A DNA stretch of 64,000 bases from Klebsormidium nitens (lineage: Eukaryota > Plantae > Klebsormidiophyceae): the NCBI GenBank assembly GCA_000708835.1, contig DF237091.1, positions 1-64,000 of the forward strand, read 5' to 3'. The position numbers were made by a program, and so were the translations under genes. Positions 61,701-64,000 of the stretch are shown here, piece by piece; the stretch's first letter is position 1, and the number at the start of each line of letters is the position of its first letter. The notes beneath the pieces were generated by a model. It was not told where the DNA came from. It saw only the letters and a list, made by a program, of their open reading frames with translations, and did not search any database.

Positions 61701-64000
61701 GGCAGCGTGTTTGTTGACGTCCTTGTGCTGTAGGTCGGCTCTTTAATTTTCCTCATCACGTTTCTTGAGCAGGAACAAAACCACGAGGAAAGCGGCGGCC
61801 CTGCTTTCCACTGTGTGTTTGATTGCCGGGACGCCATCGCCCCACCTTCTTCAATTTTTGAAAGTGCCCGGATTGTCCTCTTTGAATTGACATTCTGAAA
61901 GCCGGCCTGTCCGCAGGTGTTTTGTGGGATGCCCTTCGAGCGGGTGGCTCCGGACACCATCTCTGTGGACGTCCTGCCGTTCTTCAAGGTGCTTCTTCAG
62001 CTGCCGTCCGATGTCGGCTCGCTCTCGTACCGCTTCTTCTTCTATGCGGCCAGGTGAGATGCAAACGAGTGGTATCCAGAGAACGGCAGCCTTCGAGCTG
62101 AGTCTTACAAAACGTTGAAGGACGTAAAGAAAGTCAAGCATCTGTTTGTGGAAACCTTTAGAGCTGCTCGTCTTTCCAGATATAAGCACAGTCGTTCCCA
62201 TTTCGGACGCTTTTGTTCGTCCAATCTGTCAGTATTCCACCTTATGATTATTCCATATGGTTCTGACTTGTATGGGAACATGATATACAGCTCAAAGGAG
62301 AGCACCAGAGAGGCGTATATAGAGACAGGGGGGTCATCGATGTAATCCTTTCTGCCTCCTCGCAGGGTGGCGTACCTTCTCTTCTCCACCTGCTCCTTCA
62401 CGCCTGCGGTGCTACCCCTGGACGAGCGCCGCTTCAAGATCGTCTTCAAGCCGCTCGTTTCGTCAGCCGCGGTTGCGGAACAGCTCGAGAGCGTGAGAAT
62501 TTCTTCGAATTCAAAACCTGAGCTTTTGCGTATGCTGCGCAAGATGGTCAACGATGCCTTCGGTATCGTTCGCTAGAGTCTCCCAAGGTTTGTTGCCTGC
62601 AATTTCCTGAAGGAACGACGACTCCTCACATTGCCTGCCAGTATTTTCTGGATTGATTCTCGACGATTCTCAACCGCATTGGCCATCACAGCAATTTGGA
62701 AGTCCTGCTCAGAAGTCATTTGTCCGCATTCCGTTGCGAACAGCATTCGCCTCGTCCTTGACAAGGATGATTTGAGTGTGGATTCATTGCGAAGCCTTCT
62801 ACCTTTTCCCGTAACGCTTTTCCCGGTTAATGGCCAGACCCGAAGTCTGTTTCCAGCGGGCTCGTGGGTGCATTGCTTGCGCCCCCCCGTCATCTGCACA
62901 AGAAATAGTCACTTCCATAGCGATCAGACCCACTTCTTCGGCTCCAGACAAATCAACCACCGATAACTCGAAATCTGCATGATCGCTGCAGCTGGCTGCT
63001 GCATACCCTGCAAACGACCCGTGCGTCGTTCTTGATGGGGAGGGCCCCCTGGCCGCCGAAAGCGGCACGCTGCACTGCGTCATGGCGGCCCTCACGCGGA
63101 GCGTCGCCAAGCTGGACTTCATGCACAAAAAACTCAAGGTGGGTGACGTCCTATCTTAGCCTATCGTTGAGCTTCTCAAGAGCGGAGGGGGGCCTTTGTT
63201 GAGCAAAGGCGCATGGGCGCGACAAGTCGTAATACCGCCCCTTTCGGGCAAGTTCTGATCGTTGTGGAGGAACTCGACTACTGCTTACCAAAAATGAAGT
63301 ATTGGTATCCTATCCTCTGACGGGTCCGTCTCACCCAGGAACATGTAAAAGCCGGAAACGAGGCCTCACCTGTAAATAGCCGCTTTGTCAGCAACGCCGC
63401 TGACGTCCTCACGAAATGCCCCCTTCAATTGATTCTGTTCAGCTTGCTTTTAATCAGTCTCGTTATGGTCGTCTTTGCAGGACAACCCTCCCAAGGAGTC
63501 CCTTGCCTTCTGGCGCCAGCAAGATTTCCACATCATGGCCCTCTCGGAACCGAGCACGGCCGCGGCCATTGCCAAGTACTTTGGTACGACCACCACTTTC
63601 TTCGACTTCTGGACCAAAAAAGCTCACCTTTGGCGCCTGAATTCAAGATTCGAAGGCCTATCGTTTGGAAAGTAGGAATCCACGGACTCGCTTCTTCCAT
63701 TTCAAGGATGCGAAACTTTCTACTAATCCAGACTTTGCGCAAAATAACTTCTGAAAGCATGCGGGAAGACGGAATAACCCTCTTGGTGCCTTTCAGCATT
63801 TTTTCGCCTCAAATCACTTGGTGGCCTCTTCCGCAATCTAATTTTCGAGACGCCAACAGTTGTTACGGCCCTCCCGACAACCGACCTGTTCTCTCGCAGG
63901 CCTGTTCGACCTTCTCAAGTTCGACATTGATGTCGAGATTCGGGTGCTTAAGAGCGAGACCGAGGCCCCAGACCCAGCCACGGGCATCAGCCCTTACACC
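58724..64000 (+). CDS. Bacterial-type SWIM zinc-finger protein, probably the N-terminal part of a SWIM-SNF2 helicase; truncated by the window end
   Basis: Exons 58724-58763, 58982-59088, 59423-59551, 59879-60076, 60567-60806, 61007-?, about 61558-61647, 61917-62055, 62366-62492, 62992-63138, 63481-63574, 63901-end; the junction near 61.1-61.55 kb is unresolved. Peptides YGKTAWG, RLGRGKTYANTG, ARVQGS, SWIM motif CTCPD..PCKHLAAVYH and EIDQNPFTLFQLRG. The helicase domain is not in the window (inference). Confidence 0.8.
60440..60505 (+). pseudogene. Pseudo-exon copy of the 5' end of SWIM-gene exon 5
   Basis: ccccatcaatcagttcgccacggaggtggcttatc vs real ctccatcaagcagtccgccacggaggtgccatacc, 127 nt upstream of the live exon start. 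The preceding bases are atac rather than gcag. Confidence 0.88.

Overview
Eukaryotic, intron-rich DNA of roughly 50% GC. Gene content and GT-AG intron style suggest a streptophyte alga such as Klebsormidium (inference). I assembled by hand seven spliced genes: PRT1 N-degron E3 ligase, Aladin nucleoporin, a bacterial-type M2/M3 peptidyl-dipeptidase, SWC6/SEF, a secreted alpha/beta hydrolase, an aldo-keto reductase and EFL1/RIA1 GTPase. Their exon phases close and total lengths divide by 3. An eighth spliced gene, a bacterial-type SWIM-finger (probably SNF2) protein, runs off the right end and has one unresolved junction. Intronless ORFs: a macro domain, a GUN1-like SMR domain, an F-box/LRR protein and a small membrane protein. 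Three MITE-like elements are clustered at 23.5-24.6 kb. Main discovery: in all eight spliced genes, most introns I examined contain decayed 'ghost' copies of the exon immediately downstream. These copies carry stops, frameshifts and usually a dead acceptor, and can occur as serial arrays; at least five copies lie in a 6.7-kb PRT1 intron. With one possible exception, the live copy is the 3'-most one. All alignments were made by eye and need computational confirmation. No rRNA, tRNA or CRISPR was seen.
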